DNA from: Ophelia neglecta
Lineage: Eukaryota
Assembly (NCBI GenBank): GCA_965285935.1
Contig: OZ260667.1
Coordinates: 31,992,001-32,056,000, forward strand
Length of the DNA: 64,000 nt
Direction: 5' to 3'
Shown here: in pieces, positions 28,601-40,769 of the stretch
Position numbering within the stretch: position 1 is the first letter of the stretch
Layout of the letters: each line of letters starts with the position of its first letter
Notes under the pieces: generated by a model
The model's input: only the letters and a program-made list of their open reading frames with translations
Database searches by the model: none
What the model was told of the DNA's origin: nothing
Position numbers and translations under genes: made by a program

Positions 28601-29454
28601 CAATGCAGCAGCTTCATAAGTTTTAAATACCACTGACTTAAATTAAGATATTAAACCATTTTTGTTTGACATTTTTTATGATTTGAACTTGAAGTTTAAG
28701 GTGATATCAGAGTGTTGGAACCACAGTAAATCATTTTCTATATGCTCTATATACATTTGAGAGCCTACTTGTACAAATACAAAATTTGAAACAATTTGAA
28801 ATTATGGCATTATTTTGCTTAACATTTCCATGGCACCTGTATATTGTCAGATTTCACCCAAAATTAAATCAACTGATGTCATCATCCCTGATTTTATCCA
28901 CTTTGCATTTCTAATACTTTAGGCTGCAGAGTGCACATAAACTTTTATGAAGTAGTATGGGTTGTAGTGTCCTGAATACTATTGGTAAAAAATCACCAGG
29001 CCTAAACACTCCAAGTGTACTAGGTCTAAGGCTCAAGGCTTTGGGCATTAAAACACATTTAAAAGTTGGCAGCAGCTTCTGCTGGGAGGCTTGATACATA
29101 TAACCCTAAATTTTTCTCTGCATAAATGTGTTTTATATATTTTATTGACTTTCACCATGTAAAAAAGTAATTAATAGTGTGTCAGGATATGGGGAGGAGG
29201 CTTGGAAATCCCTAATCACTAAATTATTATCAACAAAATCAAAATATTACAAACATTTTACATTGAGTTTGAATGTTCATTATTGTTGAACTTTGCATTA
29301 TTTGCTATAATATGGTGCAATTTGTTATGAAATTTCACCATAATCATTAAAATTACCACTTTTTTTATTCATTAAAAGATCTCCTACTCACTAGTGACAG
29401 ACAGAGCTGTAGTACGGAGATTTCCAGGGATTCTATTGGCCGGTATTTACTTAC

Positions 29455-29540
29455 TTGTCTCGGTACTCCTTGAGGACCCGGTTGGTGTAGAACTGTCCAG
29501 CATCCGACATCTCTTTGACATAGGGCCCAGGAGCCGGAGA
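29455..29540 (-). CDS. CAP: CAP coding exon 6: [28 protein letters not shown](K)
   Basis: CAP signature [19 protein letters not shown]; acceptor tctttccag, donor gtaagt; phase 0 to 2; 86 nt. Confidence 0.97.
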
Positions 29541-31507
29541 CTGGAAAGAAAGAAGAAAACTGTTTCAGCAAGATCCAAAACTTATTCTACTACAAGCAGA
29601 GTCTGAAGTTATTCTTTCATATCTTGATTATGTTCAACAATATTAACACTTTATTTTTCTATATATATTTTCTTTACCTTAGGATCTGGTCATCGTAAAG
29701 AACCAATGGGATTTATTTCACAGTTTCTACCCATGCTAACATGTTAAAGTGTCAGCAAAAACCAATTACCAATGTTAAAATTTCTTTATCATTATTCTTA
29801 CAACTACAAGACGAAACAAATTGTAACACAACTGGGCACAAAACTGGACTTCAAAGCAAACCAGATAATATTTGAAGAAACAAAAGTTGTGTATGTTAGC
29901 CCTAGCTATCTCAATTGGCAAGAAGCCATCTGGCAATGAACATGCCCATGTTGAGAATTTACTAAGAAGTGACAAGAACTCTTTAGTCATGAAGGTTAAA
30001 AGGTCATGTCACAATAATGCAGAAAGTATGCCATATTTTTAGCTGCGGTGACATAAAAGCTCACTTGTCAGTGAATTATCAACATACATGCAATGACCAC
30101 TAGGCCTGGATCTATTGAAAAACCATTTAATTTAATGGCCCATAATATTCATTGTTTTGGCTCTCAGATTATTTCGCTGCCCTGCTCTTTTGCATTTCAA
30201 TGGTATCCTCATCAGGCACTCACTGTGCCTCTTGATTTTGTGAACCTTCTTATTCTTGGAACAAATAAGGGGCTCACAAAATGTCCAAATAATCTTTTAT
30301 TTTTTCAGCCTAGTCTATGATTTAAGACTGTCGCCATCTATTTCTTTACACATTATAAATTGATTTAGGCCATTTAATGAATTTTCCACTTAAAGCAGGC
30401 AACATTGGTCTGCATTAAAAAAGTTACAACACCCCATCAATGTCTTCTATATTTTAATAACCTGCAGACATGTTTACCGGAATATTTAAGGACAAAACAG
30501 GTAAAAAACCCGGCCAACTGTCACCACCAGCTTATAACCTGTCAACATTAGTCATAGCGTACGGCTGTATATCAAGTGATATGTTAGAATAAGTCAAAGT
30601 TTAATATAAAAAAAATGACTGGCAAGATGACTCTGGGCAGACACCCACATGCTTACCACACAGTTAGTGTATCATAGGCCTTGTTTAAACACTTGTCAGA
30701 TTATTCATTCTATTAATTAGTTTTTAATTAATACATTCTGATATCATATTCATAAGAAAACAAATAGGTATATATCGTTTGGATCTGCAGCAATCATTAA
30801 AGTATAATTGAACAAAAAATTCAAGCCTGTTCGGAAAGCAATGATAAATACTGGTGTAAGATCCACTATGCATGTACATGTATCTGGAATATGCTATAAG
30901 AAGTGACCAATACTGAAACACACTTAGCCAGTGCGAGCTGGCTGTTTTTGTTTTCTAGAGACAGCATGCTTAGTGGATTATATAGGGTAATATTTATATA
31001 AAATCAATAAAAATTGGGTGCAAAAGGAATTAAAACAGAAAACTTGGAGATAATATCAACAAAACTGTACAAAATTAAACAATGTCCTACCCCAGGAAGG
31101 GCAATATACTGAAAAGAAATCAGGTTATGGAATTACAACATGTGACCCCATTATTCCCAATCTTAGATGACTAAATATTAATTTTCTATATCAAGCAAGC
31201 TTTGTCAGGCACCATGTGATTATAACATTAAACTTATAGCGATTGTCAATAAAACTGAGTTGGAAACTAAACTTTTCTATATATATGCATATCCGAGCTT
31301 AAAATGTGAACACAATAATTTATTGGAAACAACCTGAGAAATCCCATTACTAATTTCATATTTTATTAAGAATCCCTCGTCATGCCCTCTAAGGACTGGG
31401 GGCAACTAATAAGCTGTCATTTTCAACTTGTTGCAAAAAAGGTTGCCTGCAGCACATCTTTCATCAGTTACAGCATATCAGATTACAAAAAAACAGTAGA
31501 TTCTTAC

Positions 31508-31597
31508 GATGGCAACCCATCCAAGGGCTGGTATGGACTCTGAGATGGCACTTAAGTGGTTGAAGAAGGAGCTGCCGCGGTTCTTCTCTCGGAACTC
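31508..31597 (-). CDS. CAP: CAP coding exon 5: [30 protein letters not shown]
   Basis: CAP signature FREKNR.S..FNHLSA.SE.IPALGWV; acceptor ttttgtag, donor gtaaga; phase 0 to 0; 90 nt. Confidence 0.97.
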
Positions 31598-31958
31598 CTA
31601 CAAAAGTAAAGTCGGACAATCAGTCTGTTTCTAGAAGCAACCATTCATACTAACACTTGCGTTAATTTGAATATCCATTCAAGTTGGCTTGCTAACACTA
31701 GTTACTTTCCATCCTGTCTGTTTCCTACAGCCTGTTACTTTTCCTGAATCGCACTGTTGTATAGCTAGAGATAGGAACAATCTTGTACTATGTAACTAAT
31801 AAAAAAAATCATTTTCATATAAAACTACTGCCTTGAAAGTTGTACTTTGATTGGTTTAGGGTTATTTTAAGTATACATGGCACAGCAAATGCTACCCGTT
31901 TTATATTATGGGATCATAAATATTAATTTAGAAATGTGTTTTTAATTCAGATTATTAC

Positions 31959-32012
31959 CTGTATGGCCTGTATTCCGTTGGCCTGAGGCATAAGGGCTTG
32001 CTGGAGGTCGTT
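31959..32012 (-). CDS. CAP: CAP coding exon 4: NDLQQALMPQANGIQAIQ
   Basis: Acceptor ggtttatag, donor gtaata; phase 0 to 0; 54 nt; fills the expected helix between flanking exons. Confidence 0.9.
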
Positions 32013-32462
32013 CTATAAACCAGAAAATATAAATAACAAATGATTGATACTGAGATAAACAAAATGGTAAGTTAATACTAAATCACAACTCCCTCTTAAA
32101 TTTAATATCATTAACTATGCAGTAAATAAAAATCATATGGTTACATTGCAATTATTTAACAGTGGTACCAGCACTATCCATGACCAGAGTGAGGGAAATG
32201 CATGGCTCTCTCCTGGACCATGTCAAATGTACTTATTTCATCACAAGTGACTAGGTCAGATATCAACACTTGTTTAGCAGCAGGCTGGGTCATAAGTCAG
32301 TTAATCAAGGAGTGTTTTGCGTCAGAGGTTAAGATAAATCTAAATATAGTGTGCTAATGTTTAAGAGATTTAAGACCAGAAATTTGGGAATATATTAATC
32401 GGAGGAAAGTCTGGTATGCCGATTCAGTCTAAGTTAACCTTTTTCCATGTACATGTACATAC

Positions 32463-32540
32463 CTGAGCAGGTTGTTTACATTTTGAAGCTTTCACCAGGA
32501 ATTCTCTCTGGGAATCAAACCCAGATTTGACCATGGCCAC
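32463..32540 (-). CDS. CAP: CAP coding exon 3: VAMVKSGFDSQREFLVKASKCKQPAQ
   Basis: Acceptor ctttcccag, donor gtatgt; phase 0 to 0; 78 nt; CAP-like QR.FL..AS...QP. Confidence 0.93.
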
Positions 32541-32800
32541 CTGGGAAAGAACAGTACGAAATGGTAGGTAAAAATCAGCCAGGTGATATTAATAAGGTTG
32601 AATTAATCATCATCTAAAATGTCATTAGTATAAACATCATACATGTTATATCTTAACAAACCTAATTGAGATTCCTCATATTGCTAATAATTCTGCCAGG
32701 GAGGTCACACTAAATGTAAATTAGATAAAGTTTATGCCTCTTTTCTCTATCTATAAGTTCATTTAATAATAAATAAAGATAAATCAGTTGCTATGGTTAC

Positions 32801-32904
32801 CTGGGTCTGAACATCACCGCCTATCTGGTTGCTAAGGGAGACAAACTTGGTAAAAGGTCCATTTAAAATGTCGTCGTAGGCGACAACAAATTGAGCCAAC
32901 ACCT
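32801..32904 (-). CDS. CAP: CAP coding exon 2: (E)VLAQFVVAYDDILNGPFTKFVSLSNQIGGDVQTQ
   Basis: Acceptor gtttttcag, donor gtaacc; phase 1 to 0; 104 nt; CAP-like V.AYD..L.GP...S..IGGDV. Confidence 0.95.
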
Positions 32905-33561
32905 CTGAAAAACATTTTACAAAAAAAAATTAATACTGAAATGAACAACAATTTTTTAAGACTCCTTCCTTATTACAGTTGGAGGTGCATTGTTAGGTCA
33001 AGCAAAAACACCTATCTACACATACATGTACTCCAAGAGGGATTGCCACGTCTTTGAGATAGGGGCAAGCCTTGTCCAAACTAACAGTGAAAGTTGCCAA
33101 GACCACTGCTAATGAAAATTATTATTGGTTTTGCTTATTTAATATCGCAACATTTAGAGGTGGGCAGCAAATATCAACATTATTGTTATAAGTGCTGAAG
33201 CCACCGGTTATTAATTTTGGGAAAGGCTACCATTTTTGTCAGAATTTCTGCATAAGAAACACACCACAATAAATCAGTGGAGTACAGTTAAGTTTTATTT
33301 ATGTGCGGGTGGGCTGTATAAATGTCCAACCCCATACTCTACCTGAGGGTAGATATATACTCTAACTGAAAGGGACTGAGCTGTAGTCAATTCATCAGCT
33401 GAATCAAGCCTCATAAAAAACATGTACAGCTTGCTGTGGACTTGTAAAACACAAGACACATTACAAGAACAATTCAACAAACAACCTTCAACATCTTTCT
33501 GAGTGAGTTTTATTTTTCTATTAAAAACTAGGCATATCAATGGTATTTTCCTGCAATTTAC

Positions 33562-33970
33562 CTTCCTCTTGAGCTTCAGGCCTCATGGCGACGGCCTGAG
33601 GTGTCTTCGGTGCCTTAAACCTAATGACTTGAGTTTGTTTGATGTTGTTGAGATCCAGTTTTCCTGGCCTATGGATAAAGGTAGAGTGGGTAGTTATCTG
33701 ATGCGCAGGGTTTTTCCACTTTTTGCCTTCCCCATTGCCTTGTAGCCCAATCTTGTTAGACGAGGGCAGGATCTTGTTCATGGTCTGGGCAAGTGGAACT
33801 TGGCCAGTTTTTTCCACCACAACTACAGTGGTTGCAACGTCCTTGTCCGAGCTTTTGGACGTGTGCGGCTCGAGAGCAGACGCAGAGCTTTCATCACCTC
33901 GCTTGCAGTCCGACGCTTTAGTGGGTCGCCGAGAGATGGGCCTCAAAACAACATTGAAAGGGCCATACAT
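33562..33970 (-). CDS. CAP: Putative alternative first coding exon of CAP (136 codons, MYGPFNVVLRPISRRP...RPEAQEE); exon probably starts at 34043
   Basis: Acceptor tgtcttatttatccag before 34043; ATG at 33970 is the first ATG downstream, with an in-frame TAA 4 codons upstream; phase-1 donor GAA G|gtaaat matches the phase-1 acceptor at 32904; CpG retained in an otherwise depleted intron. Confidence 0.65.
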
Positions 33971-36900
33971 ATTGGGATGTTATCTGTGTAATACCACCTG
34001 ATGACTGCCTTAACGTGCAACACAACCCACAATCACCAGCCAACTGGATAAATAAGACACAAATCAAGACACAAATCAAATCCCAATCAAGAGGGCAGTT
34101 TACCACTGCTTCAGTAAATCTAAACCCACTCCCTGTCCACAAATCAGCTTCTTGTAAGTTTACAGTAAACAAGTTCGTAGAAATGTCAGCAGATTCTAAT
34201 CTCACACATCCAACAGGGTACCTGATCTAGTGTTTTATGGAAATTTTAATATAACCTTCTACACTAATGCTCCTTGAAGATTCCAGACACCTCACAGGTA
34301 GATGATATAATTATTAGGTTTCTTGAATCCGACAGAAAGCACAAGGTTAGACAAGTCTTATCAAAATTGTAAGAACACAGACATTCCGGTAGCCCTACAA
34401 GTAGTCGAAGAAGTATACAGAATATCTACATGGTCGTATGGACCAGCAATAAATGGTACTTGACTTCATAAATCACAACTAGTTTGATATATCACAAGAT
34501 GCACTTGAAGCAGCTGGTCTGCACGGTGGTGCTGATACAGTAATGTTTCGTTAATAAACTTGGCATCAAACCGATTCATACATAACCCAAGCCTCTGGGC
34601 TAAAACAAATCAAATCTACTTGGCGCATTATGCCCCTTGTATGATTAACATGTCTACCATATGATTAGAACTGTCCTCTAGGCAAAGAGAATAGTGGAAT
34701 GAGACAACAAGTCTACTTCGTAGTTGGAATTCATATACATGCCTACTCGTAAAAGCAGACTTTCTGGCCCAATTTGGCCAACATCTGTCACAATGGCAGG
34801 CTGATTCATTCAAACATTCATGACTGCTCAACTGTCACCATAGTTACATGCCTTCAGTGATATTCAGCTTGGACAACAAACAAACAATGACTTTATAAAG
34901 ACGTCACTGCCATCTTTTAATAAGTAAATTATATATATATATGTATATGGTATTTGCTCCTGTTCTGGAACATTTTCTGGCACACCTGGTAAGGTGGGGT
35001 GATAGGACAGGTTATACCCCTTGTATCTTTATTGGGTTCTCACTGAGAGGCCACCACATGTCCACTGAAAATGTTAAAGGAATGCCCGGGGCTTTACATG
35101 TCAAGAACAGGTAATATAAACATGTACATACAAATACAGGTGCAAAAACAACTTTCCAAAAAAAAACCTTGTCTAACAGTTACCTAGGCACAAAAAACTT
35201 ACAGAAAAAAAAGTTTACAGGGTCTCCTGAAACTGGAGGGCCTCATCTTTAGTTAAGATTTTTCTGAAATCACCCACAACTTTCATTAAGGACAAAGGTT
35301 ATTTTTAAATATTCGTTTAAAGCTAACTTTGAAGCTGGGCACAACACAACATCTCTACAAAAATTAGACTGAAGTTAACTGTTACAAAATTGTTGGCTGT
35401 TAATTAACATGTACCTTGAAAACTTTGAATGGGATGCCTAAGTATTATCATAGGTGCCACACCAGAACCGCACCCATCCTCCAACTATCATATTATGTAT
35501 TGGTTTGTTAATGGAAGGTGTCGGCAAATCCAAGTAAATAAATAAATATTAAATAGGAATTGGTCACCTCAGAGACTCGTGTTCCTCTACTTTAGACTCC
35601 TATACTCACTGTAATGTTTGTGTTTTTCAGAAGGTACCCCTTTAAAATCTCTACCCGAGCACCTTGCTGCACTGGGGTATGTAAATTAATAATCTTGTCT
35701 CAATTGAGTCATGCCACTTTCAGCAGTGTAAAAATTAGAGAAGAAAACCTGCGAGATAACCTTACAAATTTAGCACACTCTTAAGACTTTTCAATCCATT
35801 TGCACATTCTCATTGATTAACACAATAGGTTTTTGCATTATCCCCAAGCAAAATTTAACAGTTATGGAATTTAAACAAAAATAACCTGAGCCTTCACCTA
35901 ATTCCTACTTAAGGAAAAAAACCCAGAATGAGGGAAACCAGGAGCATGTAATCAGTTATAAAACAGGAGTGAATCTTAACTGATAAGTCACACCCTAAAT
36001 ATTGTATTCGAGTGGTAGTAGTCAACAATCAGGAAGTCACAACCTTTAGTGGCTATTTCACTGCGTGATTTAGAGGAATCCCCTACAGAAAAGCAGAAGT
36101 TAATGTAAATGATTAAGTTTGCCTTTTCTACTAGACAATAACGACCGCTTTTGGGAATTAGATCCCTGCAAGTGTAGTTTTGTTCAGTGCTATTTTGTTT
36201 CTAGGTTTATATTAAAGTAATAACGTTGTTCTCCATATTTTTTCATGTATACAAGACCTAAAGCTAGGTCAGCCTGCAGCGATAAGTCAGGGATTGGTTT
36301 TAAAGGGTTGGAGGAGAGGGGGGGGGGGATGTGTGTACACTCACAATGGGTTCAGGAGCTTAGTCACATGTTAACTCTATCTATATCATCGAGTCTCCCT
36401 CTCAATCAGCAGCACATATAGAGGGTAAACTGACCCCCAACACCCCCACCCCACCCACAGTATTCTTCACCCCCAAGTCTTCTCCTGATATTTCAATATA
36501 TCACTTCTTCATCGCCAGTCTATAATATAAGATCAAAATACCAGAAGGCTTTCATGGTATCTAGCGTAAAACAAAAAAGATATACGCTTTATTCTAAAAA
36601 AAAAGGTCTCTGAATGCCCTACTTTCACAGGATTTGATGGCCAACAATTTGTTACCTGATAATACCTAGACAGTTTGAATCTTATGGTAGATAGCAATAA
36701 ATCATCTTCTTACACTGATTATAAATTTTGCAATATACATTAAGTTGCATAAATATTTCTTTAACAGTCAACAATTTTTAAGCAGCAAGGCTATTATACA
36801 ACACTGCCAGACTAATACTTTATAATGTCTTCCTTCAGCTCAATTTTATAGACGAAAATAAACAGACATTGCTGCTCCACTAAAACATCATATTGGCTAG

Positions 36901-38945
36901 TAATTGCCGCATTGATCGGTGTATTGCATGCCAACACACAGTTATTGGAGATTATTCTAATATTCCCAAAGGATATGAATAGAGCTGCATGGATCTGGGC
37001 TGATCACCTGACCACCATTGACTACATCGGCCAGTGGACTATAGGGGCCTCAATTTCATCTTTCATATGGTAATCTCATCAATTTAGCCAGCAGAAGGCT
37101 ACTGAAAACTGTACTGAATAAAAGGATACTCCTATTGGCTAAACTTACAAAGTTCCGTATTGAACTTGCATTTTGACTACAGTTTGGCTAAATAACCATG
37201 TGCATGGCAGGGACAACCATCGACTATTCTGAGACCAATAATCAATTTCAAGTTACAAAATATTCATTTCTAGAGCCAGAATATACCTTTATCTGCCCTT
37301 GTAGGTGACTAAGAGAATTAGTAGTTAAAGGGGGAGGGGGGAGGGGGTAAGTGAACTGTACACACATATCTGAATCTGAGTGGGGAGGGGGGGGGGGGAA
37401 TCAACACACACTCCTGTACGGTCAGTGGTGGATATGTAATACATAAATATTATGTTCCCTGGGCACCTTTCAATCCACACGTATATGCTCCCTCTCCCAA
37501 GTGATAAGTCTATTATTTATCAATTGTCTTTTAACTACAAAGAGGATGAACAAAAAACAAAATGTAATGTAGACTTTTTTATATCAAATTATTTGCAAGC
37601 CACAATAGCCTAGTGACAACTCTTTCAGAGGTTTACACCATAAAACCTGGACAGCTTTTCAACACAGTTGTTCACACAACATGACATACTACAGAATCAG
37701 TTACAGAACAAGCTGCCAGCCTCATAAGGTATGAATTCATTAATCAATATAATTAAGATTCACAGTAAATACCACATCATGTTCCTCAACCAATTGCATG
37801 GTCACGGCCTGGACAGAAGCTTTCATCAGATAACACAATAACCACTGATTGAACAATACTCTCACACTATCTAGTAAGAGAATGTATGCCTGTTTGGCAA
37901 TCGTTCTATAATTTCTTACGTTCACACATTTTTTCAGCTAAATAAAAATGGGTCAGCCAGTTAAAAGGAAATCATACCCTTTCTTCTGTAATGGAAAAGG
38001 CCCAATTTATTTTGGGTCAGGTCATTCAGCAACATATTGGGGAGCTGGTAAACAAAGGTATCGAAAAATATACAGCTAAAGATGTAATATACATGTACAT
38101 GTTAATGTAGTTATCATATAAATGGTGTTTATTACTGTATTATCATGATTCTCAGTTTTGGAATACTTTTTTTTGTGTAAATGGAAATTTAGAAAGAATT
38201 ACATTTTATATATATATATATATATCAGTAACAATATTTTTTAATGTATAAATATTTCATTGAGGGCAGCAATATGAAAAAATCATGTCCTTATGACAGC
38301 ACTGCGGCACATGAATACACACAAGACAGCTCATTATTTATTAAGAAAAGTAACATTAATTTTAGTATAAGTTACAGTTACATCTCTGCAGGGTACCTCC
38401 CCGGCTGTCTGGTGACATTTTCTGATGTATTACTTTGATACATACATTATACATGTAAACACAATTTGTTTCACACAGACTTTGACAACACCAGGTTTTC
38501 CATAAAAACTCACAAGTGTGTTGAAATGTACAAGCAGTATTACTAGGGCTTTTTCTGTGTGACAAGAATAGAGCCATGTAGCTTTGTCTTTTCTAAAGGT
38601 TATAATTATATTCATTCACCCCATGTTTGAAACGGAGGGGGGGAGGGGTCAAAAGCAAATGAGGAACATAATTGAAGTTGGCAAATATTTACAATGTATT
38701 GTTCTGGAAGGATTTTATCTGATGGTAGGGGGCGGGGGGGGGGGGGAGAGGTTAAACCGAGGGGGTAGGGGTGGGGGGGGGAAACAAGAATTACATGTAT
38801 AAAAGTAAATACTGGAAAATATCCTAGCTTTATGAACTTTATCATCAGGGTAAGTTTAATTCTGAGAATAGGTACAGTTAGGGCAGAAACATTATATATG
38901 AAAAACGTTAGGATTACCATAGTCTCTCACTAGTATGTTAAGATC

Positions 38946-38948
38946 TAA

Positions 38949-38980
<32 letters not shown>

Positions 38981-39020
38981 GAATATATGTACATTTTAAA
39001 CCTGCTATATACATATATAT
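38946..39020. repeat. (TA)n microsatellite
   Basis: Interrupted ATATAT runs. Confidence 0.85.
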
Positions 39021-40389
39021 GATTGTATGTTAATCATTATACATGAAAGATCATCTTTCATTTTGTGTCAGAATTTATTTTAGGTCTAAATTGACACCAC
39101 ACACAAGGAAGTAATAGGGGATGTTTAATAAACACTTCTATTTATTCACTTCCTGACTGTGACTCTAATAGGACAGACTTCATGTTCATCACATCACAGA
39201 CTGTATGTCTGTTTGAATGTGGGTCTTGTAACCTGCCCATGGGTCAAACTATGGCTGACAAAATGGCAACATTATACATACTAATGCAGCTTCATATTGC
39301 TAATCATAAACAAACATCGTTATATTTATAGAATGGTTTCATCAACACTTGAAACACCAATTTAAGGTGTCATCTGACATGCATTTAAAAGATAATATCG
39401 ATAATTGACATGTTGTTTACATATCAGTAATTATACACAATGTTTGTATATTTTTAATTAATGTATTTGCTATATTATATGTATTAATGGTAAATACTAG
39501 TAATCCATGTCCATAATCCATTTGTGCATTCAATAGTTGTTACTTCCATTACAAATAAATGTTTTTTTAGATCAGAACACAACACATTAGCTGAAGTCAC
39601 TTTGAGTGTACCAGTGTGACAGGTACTTCTACCAGAAGCTGATCCTAATGGTTTATGAGGACACCTGACAAGAACTCTCTAGTGTCTGATTGCATTAACA
39701 ATGTCCCCTCTCTCTTAACAACATCCTTTTAACTTCCTTTTTTGCTTTTCTGGTTCACATGTGCATTGCATAGCATTTTATCATTAACAAAAAATATAAT
39801 AATTTAGATCAATATAAAACAACCACAATTTGTACTTCATATTAATTGCTATCTTAGATAACCTATCTTCAAAGTAAGTTTAAATGTTTTCTCAGGTACG
39901 AGTTCGTCCGCTTGACACTTAAGGGCCAAGTATTGAAAATTCAACAGTGATACAGCTGTTAAATATTCTTGACGAGTGGTTGTACATGCTGTAACTAAGT
40001 AATATTTAATACTGTAAAAACTATGATTTAATCAAAGCCAATACCAGCCCTCTTGAATCATAAATCTTAACAATTTATCAAATGCACATTAATCTGTTTA
40101 TGCAATCAAGTTTGTCAATAAGCCATCACATTTAGCCTAAAGAAACACTGACGAAGATTACATTTATTGTGATTTCATCAGATATTTGATTCTTTTCTCC
40201 AGAACAAAATCAGAGGCAAATCTGCCACCACCACACACCCCTGGTGATAATTTAACTTCAGGTTAGCCTTTCCCTCTCCCCTCCCATTCAAAAATGGAAT
40301 AGTCTTAAATAGAAACCCAAACCTTTTCTATTTTGTGTTATCATAATGTTGTTGCAAAGAAGAAGGACAATTTTATCAGTCCTACTTAC

Positions 40390-40498
40390 CGGGACTAGAG
40401 GCGGATCCCCCGCCACCACCACCGCCACCAGTGGCATTTTCCAGACGTGCTGTCACTGCCTCTAGACGGGCTACCAGTCCAGCGATCTCGGCGGCCAT
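40390..40498 (-). CDS. CAP: CAP coding exon 1, canonical start: MAAEIAGLVARLEAVTARLENATGGGGGGGGSASSP (RLE oligomerisation motif)
   Basis: LVARLE.VT.RLE motif typical of CAP N-termini; strong context AACATGG; donor CCC G|gtaagt, phase 1; 109 nt. Confidence 0.95.
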
Positions 40499-40747
40499 GT
40501 TCGGTTCAATATCTTCAGTCCGATGACTCTGTTCTAGCTTGACGTGTTCTGGATTTACAACGGTATTGTTGTTATAGGCAAACTGCGATTGGCTGAAACC
40601 TGGGTTAACGTTTGCGTTAAGATTTGCCTTCTTCTTTTTCCGCTCTTCCCAAATTAAGTTCTCCTGGCTTCTCGCCTTACGAACCTCTGGAGGCGAATGA
40701 TTTTTGAGACAACAATAAAAGATACTTCCTGTGTGTTTTTCGGACAT
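40499..40747 (-). CDS. CAP: In-frame 83-aa N-terminal extension of CAP from an upstream ATG (MSEKHTGSIFYCCLK...RKKKK...)
   Basis: Open frame continuous with MAAE; no convincing polypyrimidine acceptor between the two ATGs; nearest good acceptors at 40808, 40849 and 40912; CpG retained. Confidence 0.6.
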
Positions 40748-40757
40748 TCCGTTTATC

Positions 40758-40769
40758 TTATGTCCACAT
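40758..40769 (-). promoter_or_regulatory. Three-codon uORF (ATG TGG ACA TAA) ending 10 nt before the upstream CAP ATG
   Basis: Read directly; lies inside the exon whichever of the acceptors 40808/40849/40912 is used. Confidence 0.55.

Noticed and set aside
33700-33740. GEGKKW in the alternative exon as part of the CAP CARP domain
   Set aside because: Similarity limited to a few residues and in the wrong gene position
33723-34230. Overlapping plus-strand ORFs
   Set aside because: Antisense shadows of the GC-richer minus-strand alternative exon
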